63,858 bases of DNA, filler included, from Octopus bimaculoides (GCF_001194135.2; 7 parts of 6 records of this genome joined end to end with filler, not necessarily neighbours in it), one strand, 5' to 3'; positions 13,590 to 25,243 are shown, counted from the whole stretch's first letter. Translations and numbers: made by a program. Notes: generated by a model from the letters alone, not told the origin.

Positions 13590-13644
<55 letters not shown>

Positions 13645-13858
13645 TTATCTATATAAATGTAAGATCCAGGGATCGAAGTGTAGGAAGAAAGTTAGCTTCG
13701 AGCAATTCGTAGTAAATATAAAAAACTTTGACGAACAACGGTGGTCTATTGAGATGGATGCAGAATATTTTCCATTATCGAAGAAAACAGCAGAGAAAAA
13801 GTTCTTTTTTATATTTCACGGTTGGCAACCAAGGTTGCTGAGTGTGCGAAAAAGAATA

Positions 13859-14253
13859 TAAGAGTTACGGAATGGAGTAAAAGAAATCCGGGCTACATAT
13901 GTTTCATAGCGAGTGGAACTTCAGAAGTGGTAAAGTCCCAGCGAGATGCATACCGCCAGCTGCTCTCCAGGCCAGAGATATCTTGATTAGATTAAATGTT
14001 ACATTGTTGCAACGAGGTAGATGTTGGCACAAAGAGGATTCAGTCAAAATGTGATCGAACGACAGTGTGATTGAATCCACTTTGCGTCAACATCTACCTC
14101 CTCGCCACAATGTAGCCAACAATCTCATCAAGATATCCTTGGCCCGAAGAGTAGCCGGTGGCGTACACTTCGATTGGATTTTACCACTTCTGAGGTTCCA
14201 CTCGCTATGAAACATGTATGCTGGATTTCTCCTACTCTATCCCGCAACTCTTA
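13859..14253. mobile_element. Fold-back (MITE-like) element, arms of about 185 bp
   Basis: TAAGAGTT...CATATGTTTCATAGCGAGTGGAACTTCAGAAGTGGTAAA is mirrored by TTTACCACTTCTGAGGTTCCACTCGCTATGAAACATG...AACTCTTA; loop about 14047-14067; TA at both ends. Confidence 0.85.
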
Positions 14254-14274
14254 CAAACACACACATATACATTA

Positions 14275-14470
14275 TTTAGATTATTTACATTTGATGGATA
14301 TTTGTCCTCATCTTGTTCTTCATCAGGTGCCTTAGGGAAATTTCGAACGTAGGTATTTTTCGATGTTGTTGTTGTTGTTGTTATTATTATTCAGGTCACT
14401 GCCTGGAATCGAACTCGGAATCTTGGGGTTAGTAGCCCGCGCTCTTAACCACTACGCCATATGCCCGTGA
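14275..14470 (-). mobile_element. tRNA-headed SINE family F
   Basis: Minus strand CACGGGCATATGGCGTAGTGGTTAAGAGCGCGGG...GAGTTCGATTCCAGG (A and B boxes), then (AAT/AAC)n and body. Confidence 0.8.
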
Positions 14471-15565
14471 ACTATATATATNNNNNNNNNNNNNNNNNNN
14501 NNNNNNNNNNNNNNNNNNNNNNNNNNNNNNNNNNNNNNNNNNNNNNNNNNNNNNNNNNNNNNNNNNNNNNNNNNNNNNNNNNNNNNNNNNNNNNNNNNNN
14601 NNNNNNNNNNNNNNNNNNNNNNNNNNNNNNNNNNNNNNNNNNNNNNNNNNNNNNNNNNNNNNNNNNNNNNNNNNNNNNNNNNNNNNNNNNNNNNNNNNNN
14701 NNNNNNNNNNNNNNNNNNNNNNNNNNNNNNNNNNNNNNNNNNNNNNNNNNNNNNNNNNNNNNNNNNNNNNNNNNNNNNNNNNNNNNNNNNNNNNNNNNNN
14801 NNNNNNNNNNNNNNNNNNNNNNNNNNNNNNNNNNNNNNNNNNNNNNNNNNNNNNNNNNNNNNNNNNNNNNNNNNNNNNNNNNNNNNNNNNNNNNNNNNNN
14901 NNNNNNNNNNNNNNNNNNNNNNNNNNNNNNNNNNNNNNNNNNNNNNNNNNNNNNNNNNNNNNNNNNNNNNNNNNNNNNNNNNNNNNNNNNNNNNNNNNNN
15001 NNNNNNNNNNNNNNNNNNNNNNNNNNNNNNNNNNNNNNNNNNNNNNNNNNNNNNNNNNNNNNNNNNNNNNNNNNNNNNNNNNNNNNNNNNNNNNNNNNNN
15101 NNNNNNNNNNNNNNNNNNNNNNNNNNNNNNNNNNNNNNNNNNNNNNNNNNNNNNNNNNNNNNNNNNNNNNNNNNNNNNNNNNNNNNNNNNNNNNNNNNNN
15201 NNNNNNNNNNNNNNNNNNNNNNNNNNNNNNNNNNNNNNNNNNNNNNNNNNNTATATTTATATATATATGTATGTATGTATATATATATATATATATATAT
15301 GTATATACACATACATATATATACATATATACACATATGTGTGTGTGTGTTGTGCGTGTGTCTGTGTGTGCATGTGTGGGTGTATGTATCGTTTGTACTC
15401 AGTAAGTTAACTATCTTATAAATATAAATTTAAAACACGCACACACGCGCACACCCATATCTAGACTCTCAAACACACGCATATACACACGCAAACACTC
15501 TTTCTCTCTAACTCTGTCTGTGTGACTGTGTGTCTGTCTGTCTATCTATCTATCTACCTACCTAC

Positions 15566-15630
<65 letters not shown>

Positions 15631-16021
15631 ATTCACACACGTGAATCCAGGTAATATTTCTGAACTGTTATATCTACTGAAAAGGCTCGAGAAATAGAGA
15701 ACGATTAAATAAGAGCCATGCTTAAGGAATAAGTTCTGGGTTCAACAAGAATGATGAACAATTTGAATGCATACTCCGAGTAATGTCACAGTCCAATAAA
15801 TGCAATTAGGAAAAGAATTGTGTGTNNNNNNNNNNNNNNNNNNNNNNNNNNNNNNNNNNNNNNNNNNNNTTAATTAATTAANNNNNNNNNNNNNNNNNNN
15901 NNNNNNNNNNNNNNNNNNNNNNNNNTAAATAAAATTTATTAATGAGGGTAGAAATTGATATTAATCAATTAAAACCAGTGGTCTAGCATATTAAAAAATC
16001 CGAAGATTAAAATTATATTAC

Positions 16022-16404
16022 ATACAAAAATAAGAGGAATGACCAGCAAAAGTGGACTCCTATATGCTAGAAATAGATGCCGAATCATCTAACCATGAAA
16101 AATATGTTCTCAGTAAAAATTTAGCGACACAACAGACTGTAAAAGGGCCAGACAAATGAAAAAATACTAAATAAAAAAACGATTAACCTACGTACCATGG
16201 TTTCACCTGTTAAAATTTACATAAGTAGATATCTGCAGGATCATCAGCGTAGTCTGTCGATTTATAAAACATAATTTCCAGAACTAGACAAGACGTTCTA
16301 TTTCTAGCATCTATTTCTATTTCTAGCATCTACTTCTATTTCTAGCATCTATTTCTATTTCTAGCATATAGGAGTCCACTTTTGCTGGTCATTCCTCTTA
16401 TTTT

Positions 16405-16408
<4 letters not shown>
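16022..16408. mobile_element. Inverted-repeat element enclosing a hammerhead, likely a PLE-type terminus
   Basis: 16022-16080 (ACAAAAATAAGAGGAATGACCAGCAAAAGTGGACTCCTATATGCTAGAAATAG) is inverted at about 16356-16408; four 19-bp tandem units at 16296-16370. Confidence 0.75.
16188..16252 (-). ncRNA. Type I hammerhead ribozyme with intact catalytic core
   Basis: Minus strand CTACG-CTGATGA-T-CCTG(26-nt loop)CAGG-T-GAAACCATGGTA-CGTAG: 5-bp stem I, 4-bp stem II, palindromic stem III ACCATGGT, GUA triplet, predicted cut between 16193 and 16192. Confidence 0.85.
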
Positions 16409-16444
<36 letters not shown>

Positions 16445-16445
16445 T

Positions 16446-16680
16446 GCTCGTCGTATATTATATATATAAGTCTATGTGTGTGTTCCTTTGTGTCTGTGTT
16501 TGTTACCCATTCCGCCATCGCTTGATGACTGGGTTTGTTTTGTTTTCGTCCTCATAACTTAACGGTTCGGCAAAAGAAGTCGATGGGGTAAATACCAGAC
16601 TTAAAACAAAAACGTAAGTAGAGACCGATTTGTTTGACTAACCCCCTTCAAGTCAGTGCCTCAGAATGGCTGGCACGTCT
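16446..16680 (+). mobile_element. Bipartite SINE B/A', 3' portion
   Basis: B-end GCTCGTCGTATAT, then TA/TG tract, then A' body (TAACTTAACGGTTCGGCAAAAG). Confidence 0.7.
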
Positions 16681-17204
16681 GTCATGTTAACAAAAGATGT
16701 GGCTTTGTGTTCCACGGGAAGCCTTCACCTTCTATCCAATCAAGATCTGTTTCCCCCCCCCCGCAACCCAGTATTCTACAGGTTATTATCTATTCAGGTT
16801 TCTCCCCTCCAAACAAAGATATATCTGCAATTATGACCTTTGTAATTTTTTTGTAGTTGCTGTAGTTATCAGTAGCATAAGATATACGCCAGTATTTATG
16901 ACTGAGACAAATATCTCTTGTGCTTAGTTATCACAAATAGATCATAGTTATCTGCTATTGTTCCGGCAAATACGCTAACTCATAACTGATAAAGCTTGTT
17001 GAAAAAAGGTCAACAATATCACCGGCTGCTTTATAAGTTTAGAAGGAGGAGAATAAGGATAATGATGATGACGATGATGATAATAATGATGATGATGATG
17101 GTTATGATAACGATGATGACGATGATGATAATAATGATGATGATGATTATGATTATGATGATGATGATGATGATGATCATAGGCCCGAAATTTTGGTGGA
17201 GACG

Positions 17205-17325
17205 GTTAGATGATTGCATCTAACCGGTACTTATTTTATCAACTACGAATGGATAAAAGGCAAAGTCGACCTCGGCGGAATTTTAATTCTGAATAAAAAG
17301 AAGAAATGCTGCTAAGCGTTTTTAT
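17205..17325 (-). mobile_element. SINE family C, partial
   Basis: GGTACTTATTTTATC...AAAGGCAAAGTCGACCTCGGCGGAATTT. Confidence 0.8.
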
Positions 17326-17680
17326 TAAAAATGCCTTTCAAGTGTTTATATTTTTCGCTTTCTTTGTTTATGATGTTCTTATTTTTGTTGTAACAGCCGC
17401 CTAAGCAACCGACTAGCAACTTGTTACATTGTTAGATATGGACAGTTAATTTTCGAACTGTATGCTAGCTGAAACAGGTCCTCATTGTAACAAGTATATG
17501 CATTAAATTTACTTGGATATGTTGTTCGTCAACTTTTGTTTATGTACAATTCTCACTTCTGGGAATAACATTACAATCATCAACCATTTTGGGTTCAACA
17601 AATATCACCTTTTTAAAATCTTTTAGTGAAAAGAAAAGAACTGTACTCTTTACAGGACTTCTGAGACCGGTGAGAGAGAA

Positions 17681-17762
<82 letters not shown>

Positions 17763-18809
17763 TATTATCAAATATCCTCAAATCAGAGTCTCGACTCGAA
17801 TGCTTGCAAAAGAATGGAGTCTGCTTAAGGCACCCAAATGACCAGTGCTGATAGATTACATCTAAAAATCAGATAAGCCATAGCAGGATTTGAACATGGA
17901 ACGTAAGGATGAGGAACAAAAACAGCACGGTATCTAGTGCGACGTTTTTACCGTTCTGCCAATCTTTTCCTCTGGATTGGGGATTTTTTTATCGACTACT
18001 GAAAGGATGAAACTCAAAGTTGACCCAATGAACAAATACCAAGGGATCATTCTATCAGATGTTCTTATGACTCTGTCAATGTGTTCTTTGTTGGCGTAAT
18101 TGTTCTGAGGTGAAAATATTTAGCTATGAGTGCAAACAGTCTCAGCACATCTTCATTTCTATACGTCTTGCACTCATTTCTTCTAAGAAGAAGGGATTTA
18201 GTTTACTTCTATAAATACAGCTAATACGGCTCCGTTCAGCAAATTTGATGTCTTTTTATCAGTTCTTCACCGGATGTTATTGACGTCTTGTCCAGCCATA
18301 TTTTTGTAACGATTTTCTGTTCAGCAAATATCACTAAGATCTTAAATAAAAGTTCTCCTCAGTGAATATGACCCGAAAAATAACGAGTTATTTAATAAGT
18401 TATGGAGTTAATGACGGATGTGGTTGCAATCGAAAACCTAGCAAATAGTCACCCATGTCAAACAATATGAGCGAAAATATGAATAAAATAGAATAAAAGA
18501 GAATATAAAGAAGATTTAAGAATAGAAAAGATGAAATTACTGGGTATGACTATAATCTACACCTAGTGATTAAAACATTTTAATATTAAAGTTATTCCTA
18601 TGGACCAACGAAAGACTCTTTCAAAGATAAGTAATCACGTATTTAATCAAAACTCCTACGAACATTGTTTATTATAGCACAAAACGAACAGCTTTGTCTG
18701 GCAGCCAGTCAACAAATACGCTGGCAGACCAGAACCACTCCTTGTGCAGGTAAAAAGACGAAAGCTTGCCTAGTATAGTTACGTTGCCTCTTTTTCTCTA
18801 CCGCCTCCC

Positions 18810-18892
18810 GCACCACCCCCTTAGACACCAGCGCCCACCTGGATCCTCTCAACGCCCACCGTGGGGCGGTAGCGCCCACTTTGGGAACCTAT
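18810..18892. mobile_element. hAT-type MITE end fragment
   Basis: GGGGCGGTAGCGCCCACTTTGGGAACC resembles hAT/Charlie MITE termini and the right end of 42944-43228. Confidence 0.5.
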
Positions 18893-19131
18893 AAGTTAAG
18901 GGATCTTGATTGATTTCATTGATTTACTACGTTCTTAACATCACCATGTTAGACGAAAAACCTATAAGCAGCAGTCAGAATATTTGTGAAAGAAAGTATG
19001 CACTCTGTGAGGTCTGCTCAGCATCCAAACAAACAAAATGGACAATACAAAAAACATGCGGAAGAAAATGGAAAATAAAATAAAATTTCTTTCAATCTTT
19101 AATAAAATTGATAACGGAAAAGCATAACAAA

Positions 19132-19298
19132 GATATGGCGGTGTAGTAAGAAGTTAACCTCCCAACCACATGATTCCAGGTTCAGTCTCACTACGTGGCA
19201 CCTTGGGAAAGTGTCTTCTACTATGGTCTCGGGTCGTCTACCAAAGCCTTGTGAGTGGATTTGGTAGACGGAAACTGAAAGAAGTCCATCGTATATAT
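19132..19298 (+). mobile_element. SINE family B (head half)
   Basis: GGCGGTGTAGTAAGAAG...CCAGGTTCAGTCTC...GGATTTGGTAGACGGAAACTGAAAGAAG. Confidence 0.9.
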
Positions 19299-19299
19299 A

Positions 19300-19535
19300 G
19301 GAAGGGGTATCCAAAAATAACCGAAAACATTCTCTGTGGAACAAATCCGTTGTAGCTCAGGCTCCCGCCGCTAGAAACCATTTGGTGCGACTCTCTGGCA
19401 TCAGTTTGCCGACCGGCGTCGTCGGTTTAACTGGTATTGTCACGTGGTGCGTCTTTGTTTTGCAGTGCTTCTTCCCTGATCATCGATTTCTGCGATGGCT
19501 GAAACGAAGGAACAGCATGCTTCCATGAAATCCTG
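19300..19535 (+). mobile_element. mariner 5' fragment, same family as 25244-25834
   Basis: GAAGGGGTATCCAAAAATAACCG...GTGCGTCTTTGTTTTGCAGTG aligns with 25244-25470. Confidence 0.8.
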
Positions 19536-19624
19536 TTATTTAAGTACAAAGACCTAGAAATAGAAGTGACCAAGATGTGGGGAATGAAAAGCTGGTATGA
19601 ACATCATCCTGGTATGAACTGGTA

Positions 19625-20180
19625 TGAACATCATCCTGAGCCAGTCGTTGAAGGGTAAAATGTCACTATCCTATGGAATTTTCCAGTCAATACTGACAGA
19701 ACGATCCAGGCTAATCGACCAAACATAATCATTAAGGGCAGGGAATACAATATTTGTAGACTAGTAGATATAACTGTTCCCACTGACAAAAATATATCTG
19801 TAAAGGAATTTGACAAGTTAAGTAAATATAAGGACCTGGAAAATGAAATACAAAAGATGTGGCATCTTAAAGCTAGAACTGTTCCTGTTATTGTAGGTAC
19901 CCTAGGCACGATAAAAAAAAAGGGGGTGAATGTCAGAAACATCTAGATAAGATCCCAGGAGAACCATGTCTCAGAGAAATCCAAAAGATTGTGCTGACAA
20001 GTACTGCCCACATCCTTAGAAAAACCCTATCTGTGTTGTATTACATGAAGATATTTCGCTAATGCCACTGCCACTTCCCCCTCCCTAAGCTTTTAATCCT
20101 TCACTCGTCCTAGGACGCTGGGTGTGTCTCGGCAAGTGATTGTAACAAACATGCAGATTAAAAGTTAAAATAAATAATAG
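19625..20180 (+). mobile_element. Dong/R4-type non-LTR 3' end (restriction-like endonuclease)
   Basis: ILWNFPVNTDRTIQANRPNIII...LVDITVP...KLSKYKDLENEIQKMWHLK...VPVIVGTLG, then LREIQKIVLTSTAHILRKTL, a 3' UTR and a short TAA-type tail. Confidence 0.85.
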
Positions 20181-20268
20181 GTAGACACTTCAAAGTCATT
20201 GTCTTGCGGAGCTATCAGTGATAGTACGACAGACGAGTCAAGAATAATAAGACGCGGAATACCACCAG

Positions 20269-20435
20269 AACATAATAGTGGCGACAAGAATATTACAGTA
20301 CCGACAACAACATAATAGTGGCGACAAGAATATTACAGTACCGACAACAACATAATAGTGGCGACAAGAATATTGCATTGCCGACAGCATACAGGTGGAT
20401 GAGGATCCGCATTATAACAGTGGTGACGAGAATAT
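20269..20435 (+). repeat. Three 40-bp tandem units plus a fourth motif, each with a PBS-like TGGCGAC(A/G)AG
   Basis: Unit AACATAATAGTGGCGACAAGAATATTACAGTACCGACAAC at 20269, 20309 and 20349 (degenerate); CAGTGGTGACGAGAATAT at 20418. Confidence 0.8.
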
Positions 20436-20439
20436 AAAC

Positions 20440-21310
20440 AATTCACGCGGTAACGTTGAAAAGAAAATCTTTTTTCACGAGAAAATATACAATTCGAGCA
20501 GACGACGTTGAAAAAATTCTCACGTGGAGAAATTAAAAACTCGACAGAGGAGTAACAAACATTTATGTTGAAAACAAGTCTAATTCTGAGGAAACTGGCA
20601 ACGACAGAACACGAGAAATACTGTAAATTCATATTGCCTAAAAAAGTTTCTGACATAATCTTCACGGACACAATTGACATTTTATGTAAGAGGTTCAATG
20701 AAAAGACATCGTTATTCAACACATGTTGGAAATGTTTGAACATGGAGAAAAGCGATGACAAAGCCTTTACCACATATGCCGATAGAGTGAACAAAGAGTG
20801 CGAGAGATTTAAACCGGATAAACTAACTCCAGACTCGTTCAGGTGCCTGACTTTTGCTCAGGGACTTACTGCTAAAAAGGACACAGTCAGAAAGAAAATT
20901 CTCGCAAAGCTAGAAATGAACCAGGATATCTCTCCAGAAACTGAGAAGAGTGCAATATGATATTAAAAATAAGACACAACATAGAAGAAATCCAACGCAG
21001 AGATGGTTTACAGTCAAAACCAGTGCGAAAAAAATCGGAAGACGGATAAAGTGTTTCACAAAAAGCACGAGTTATATCAGGAGATAAACCCATGTATGGC
21101 ATGTGGTGGTAGGTATCTGAGAAAAGAGTGTCCGTTCAAAAAACCAAAGTGTTTTCGTTGTGGGAACATAGAACACATTAAATCGCACTGCAGAACAAAA
21201 ATGACGAAATATTGGAAAAAACGAGAAAAACTAAATAGTTTATCATCAGAGAAAAAAGTTTGTACAACGAACAGAAAATTCACCAAAAGACGGACAAAAT
21301 GCTGGTAAGC
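20440..21310 (+). mobile_element. Gypsy LTR-retrotransposon gag relic (Mag/K02A2.6-like)
   Basis: LILRKLATTEHEKYCKFILPKK...SLFNTCWKCLN...FRCLTFAQGL, and two zinc knuckles CMACGGRYLRKEC and CFRCGNIEHIKSHC; frameshifted; no pol. Confidence 0.8.
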
Positions 21311-21609
21311 ATTTTACCAGGCGTGCTATGGATTCTGCTTGCTCACCGCCTTCATAATAATAACAATAATAATAATAATAATGATGATGATGATGATGAT
21401 GATAATGATGATGATGCCTCGAACCCAGTCCTCGAACGCACTCCTTCTTCGAACTCACAAATGTTAACAAGTGAGATAGAGACAGGCAGAAGCAAGAAAA
21501 ATGCCGCTGTTACTTGAATACTATACAAATATGTCTTTAAAAAGACTTTTCTTTTAAATTTACCAAAATTTAATTTTACAATAATTTTTCAAAAATCTAT
21601 TATTCATAT

Positions 21610-21651
21610 TTACTGTTGAAAAGATCTCAAGGATCGAAACCGGTTCTGTAA
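21610..21651 (+). ncRNA. Decayed type I hammerhead ribozyme
   Basis: TTACTG-TTGAAAA-GATC(TCAAG)GATC-GAAACCGGTT-CTGTAA: stem I pairs 5/6, core differs from CTGAAGA by two transitions, palindrome ACCGGT. Confidence 0.6.
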
Positions 21652-21736
21652 TGTTCTTTATAAAAGTATTTTAGCATTTTCTACTTTGTCTTTTTTCCAT
21701 ATATATCTACCCGTGTGTTCCTCTTCAACCTTTTAC

Positions 21737-21843
<107 letters not shown>

Positions 21844-22567
21844 CATAATGCATACATACATACATACATACACATCTATGTATGGTAGGATGTACATATG
21901 TATGTACGTTTTGGCGAGGGAGAAAAGAAACAAAATAAAGGTCACATTAAAAAAAAAAATACCACGTATCATATAAATGCCATAAATATTTGCGCAAAGT
22001 AATTAAATAATATTTTGATTTGTTTGTTTATCCTCATTACATTACATAGAATGACAACACAGTTTATATGATGACATTACACTTATGTGAAAAGATAAAG
22101 CACGTTTTTATTCAATATCTTTATACAAACAATGGTTCACTTAAGATGTTTGCTTATGTGAATGTGTGTGTGTGTGTGTGTGTGCACGCACACGTAAGCG
22201 TATTTGTGTGTATATGCCTGTTTTTCTATTTGCGTGTGTATATGTGTGAGTCCATCCTGTCTTCTTTTCCTCATACACACATACTCATACCGGATGCAGT
22301 ATATGTAGTTACACGTTATGGCAACAATAATTTACCCATTATTCAAGCACAAATTGAAATACTCTTATCGCAAAAACAGTTGCAAATATATAACGCTTCC
22401 TAACATCCTTTCTTTTTTGTTTATCCTTATTTAAATATGGTAACTCAAACAGAACATGAACAAATTGTAGCATTGAAAATGACCGGTATAATGAATTAAG
22501 GACTTTGGCGAAAGCAAAGGGCAGCCATTTTGAATTGTAAATATATGTAAAATATTGTAAATAAATC

Positions 22568-24170
22568 CTGGGTGTTCGGGGTAAATTTGACGAAATTTTA
22601 TGTCTCCTTTTTTAGGAACAGCTTGATGTATTGGCGACAACATCAATGGAGAGCATAAATATTAAAGTTGTAGTTGAGAAAAAGTTAGCTGAGGTGGAGG
22701 ACTGGAAGCCATCGGAATACAGGAAAAGAGTTACCTGTATCAGGGTGATTCGAGTCGAATATCAAAATGCTAGCATCGCGACTGCCGCTCAATGCTCTGT
22801 GAACACTGTAAAGGCTGTGAGATGTGATTATGAAGCCATGGCCTGCAGGAAGGGGTATGGCAGGCGTTCTGACTGTCTGCACATCGGAATTCCGCTGTTA
22901 ACTACAGGACAAGATGATGCAATATCCGAGCAAGGGAATCCGGGTTTTGACGAAAGAGATGGATTTCGGCGTCACCCTCATGAAACTATCCTTAAATGGG
23001 GATCTTCGCTATCACTCGTACAAAAAGCGAAAGAGATAAATTTTTACAGCCAAGACCAAGGAGAACTGCATGACGAAAACAAAGGAGATCCCGAACAATC
23101 TGAAATATCGTGTTGAGCCAGGTATGATCTGGTTCCTCTCAAATGAAAAGAACTTCTGCCAGGATCAGTTGCACAGCACTCAGAACAAGTAGCTTACCTG
23201 CAAACATGTGATGAAACCTAAGTTCCCCAAAACTGTGATGGTCTTTGGGGTGTGACTCCAGTGAGGCTGACGTCATGCCGACGTACATGTTTGAACACGG
23301 CTATATGAAACTATATGAAACTATATAGACGGCTATATGAAACTATTTGAGTCTGTGGTCAATCTCTGACTGGAGAAGGTTGCTGCTGGAAGGTCATGTG
23401 TGGCAGTAGCATTCGTCTCCTTGCCATATCTCTGGAAAGAGTCAGAAGTGGTTGTTGGAGAATTTCCACGACTTCACCAGTAACAATTTCTAGTCTCATA
23501 ATTACCCCGATTGTGAAGGCGCATGGTTCAGCGGTTAGAATGTCAGGTTCACAATCTTGAGGTAGTGAGTTTGATTCCTGGACTGAGCAAGACACTTTAT
23601 TTCACGTTGCTCCAGTTCACTCAGTTATAGAAATGCGTTGCAACGTCGCAGGTGCCAAGCTGTATAGGTCTTTGCCTTTCCTTTTGATAACATCGATGGC
23701 TTTCCCTTAGATAATATGGGCGACTGCTGGTCTTCCATAAACAACCTTGCCCGGAATTGTGCCCCGAGGGGGAACTTTCTAGGTGCAATCCCAGAGTCAT
23801 TCATGACCGAAGGGGGTCTTTACTCTTTTACTCTTATCCAATTCCTCCGATTGTAAACCCATGTATCAGTATGTACTATGTGTGAGGCACTGTTGAGAAA
23901 GGCACAAATCATTCTGCCTGTAATACGAAGACGAAGCTGGTGACCAAAATCAAGGAAGTGTTGAAAATCTCAGGGACACAGTGAGAAACACATGCACCAG
24001 GTTCCGGAATCGTACTGAGGCCGTAGAAGAAGCTAGGGGTGGCTACTTTGAGTAAGCTGTTATCTCCCAGCAATAATCTAGTTGATGTTTTTTGATTTTT
24101 AAAACTATCTTTTATCTTTGGATGGTGTTTTCCTTTTATGCCAACTGTCAAATTTAGACCGAACACCTTG
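22568..24170 (+). mobile_element. Tc1/mariner superfamily element (maT/DD37D-like) with decayed transposase
   Basis: TIRs GGTGTTCGGGGTAAATTTGAC (22571-22591) and GTCAAATTTAGACCGAACACC followed by TTG-TA; peptides SNEKNFCQDQ, KFPKTVMVFG, EKVAAGR..VWQ..SPCH.SGKSQKWL, NSSDCKP and ...EARGGYFE*. Confidence 0.85.
23515..23839 (+). mobile_element. tRNA-headed SINE family E inserted in the transposase gene
   Basis: GAAGGCGCATGGTTCAGCGGTTAGA...GAGTTTGATTCCTGG head; flanked by AATTACCCCGATTGT (23500-23514) and AATTCCTCCGATTGT (23840-23854). Confidence 0.85.
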
Positions 24171-25243
24171 TATGTCCCTACAACAAAAGATCGCCATATC
24201 AAACCTTCTATAGTGTCTTTATGAATCGATTGTTTTTCTTTCTTGTTCGTTTTTTTTTTTTTACATAGCCCCTTTTTGAAAAGTACCTTTGGTGGAACTC
24301 CGTTTCACGGGATTGATAAACAAAACAATAAAAACAACAGCAATAACAACAACGATGACGACAATAACAAGAATAACTATAATAGCAACAACAATACTAA
24401 ATACCAGAACAAAAAGAAGCAAAAGAAAAACGAATTAAACAATCGAAACAATGCGACAATCAAACAAAATACGAACATAAATTGTTTGGTTTATAATGTC
24501 AGCATGTTCGTGTCAACTATAAATTAAAGGTTTAATGTGACATACAGACAGACAAACAATAACCTTTACATCGAACAATATTCACGACTATCCCCAAAGA
24601 ATTTTGTTTGTGTGTGTTGTTGATTTTTGTTGTTCTTTTTCGTATTTGTTTTTTTGCAACTTTCAAAGTCCGCAGACGACACAATAATAATTGGAAAAAA
24701 AACAAAAAACAAAACAAACAAAAAACAACAACAAAAAAAACAACAAAAAACAAAACAAAAACAAAAAAACAAAACGAAAACAAAATAAAACATCAATTAA
24801 ATAAATAAATGAATGGATAAAAAATATATGTTGAAGCGTGAAATTCCTCTCCGAAAATAATGGTAAATAATTTGTTATAATGAATCTATTGACACGGTTT
24901 TTAGTTATAGTTTCATATGATAACAGTATTAAATGAGATAAGTTAAATGGTGGCTGCCTCTTTTATATCACGACTGTGTGTAAATGGTAGGTATTTATGG
25001 GTATGTATGTATTTATGTATGTATGTGTGTGTGTATACGTGTGTGTCTGCGTGTGTATGTATGCATGTGTGTATTTATGTAGTTATGTATGTGTGAATAT
25101 ATATGTATATATATGTGTGTGTGTATTATGTTATGTACTTATGTATGAATGAATGTATGCCCCAGTGTGTAAACGTGAGAGTAAGGGAGAACCAATTTTA
25201 GGGAGTGTGTGTGTGTGTATATGCGTGTATTTATATATATACA

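Noticed and set aside
15870-15881. TTAATTAATTAA islands inside N runs (also 29915, 37413, 45615, 58263, 61359)
   Set aside because: The same 12-mer sits centred in 100-base gaps and has stops in all six frames. It is an assembly linker, not biology.
20269-20386. 40-bp repeats as a CRISPR-like array
   Set aside because: The units are contiguous with no unique spacers, there are no cas genes, and the context is eukaryotic.
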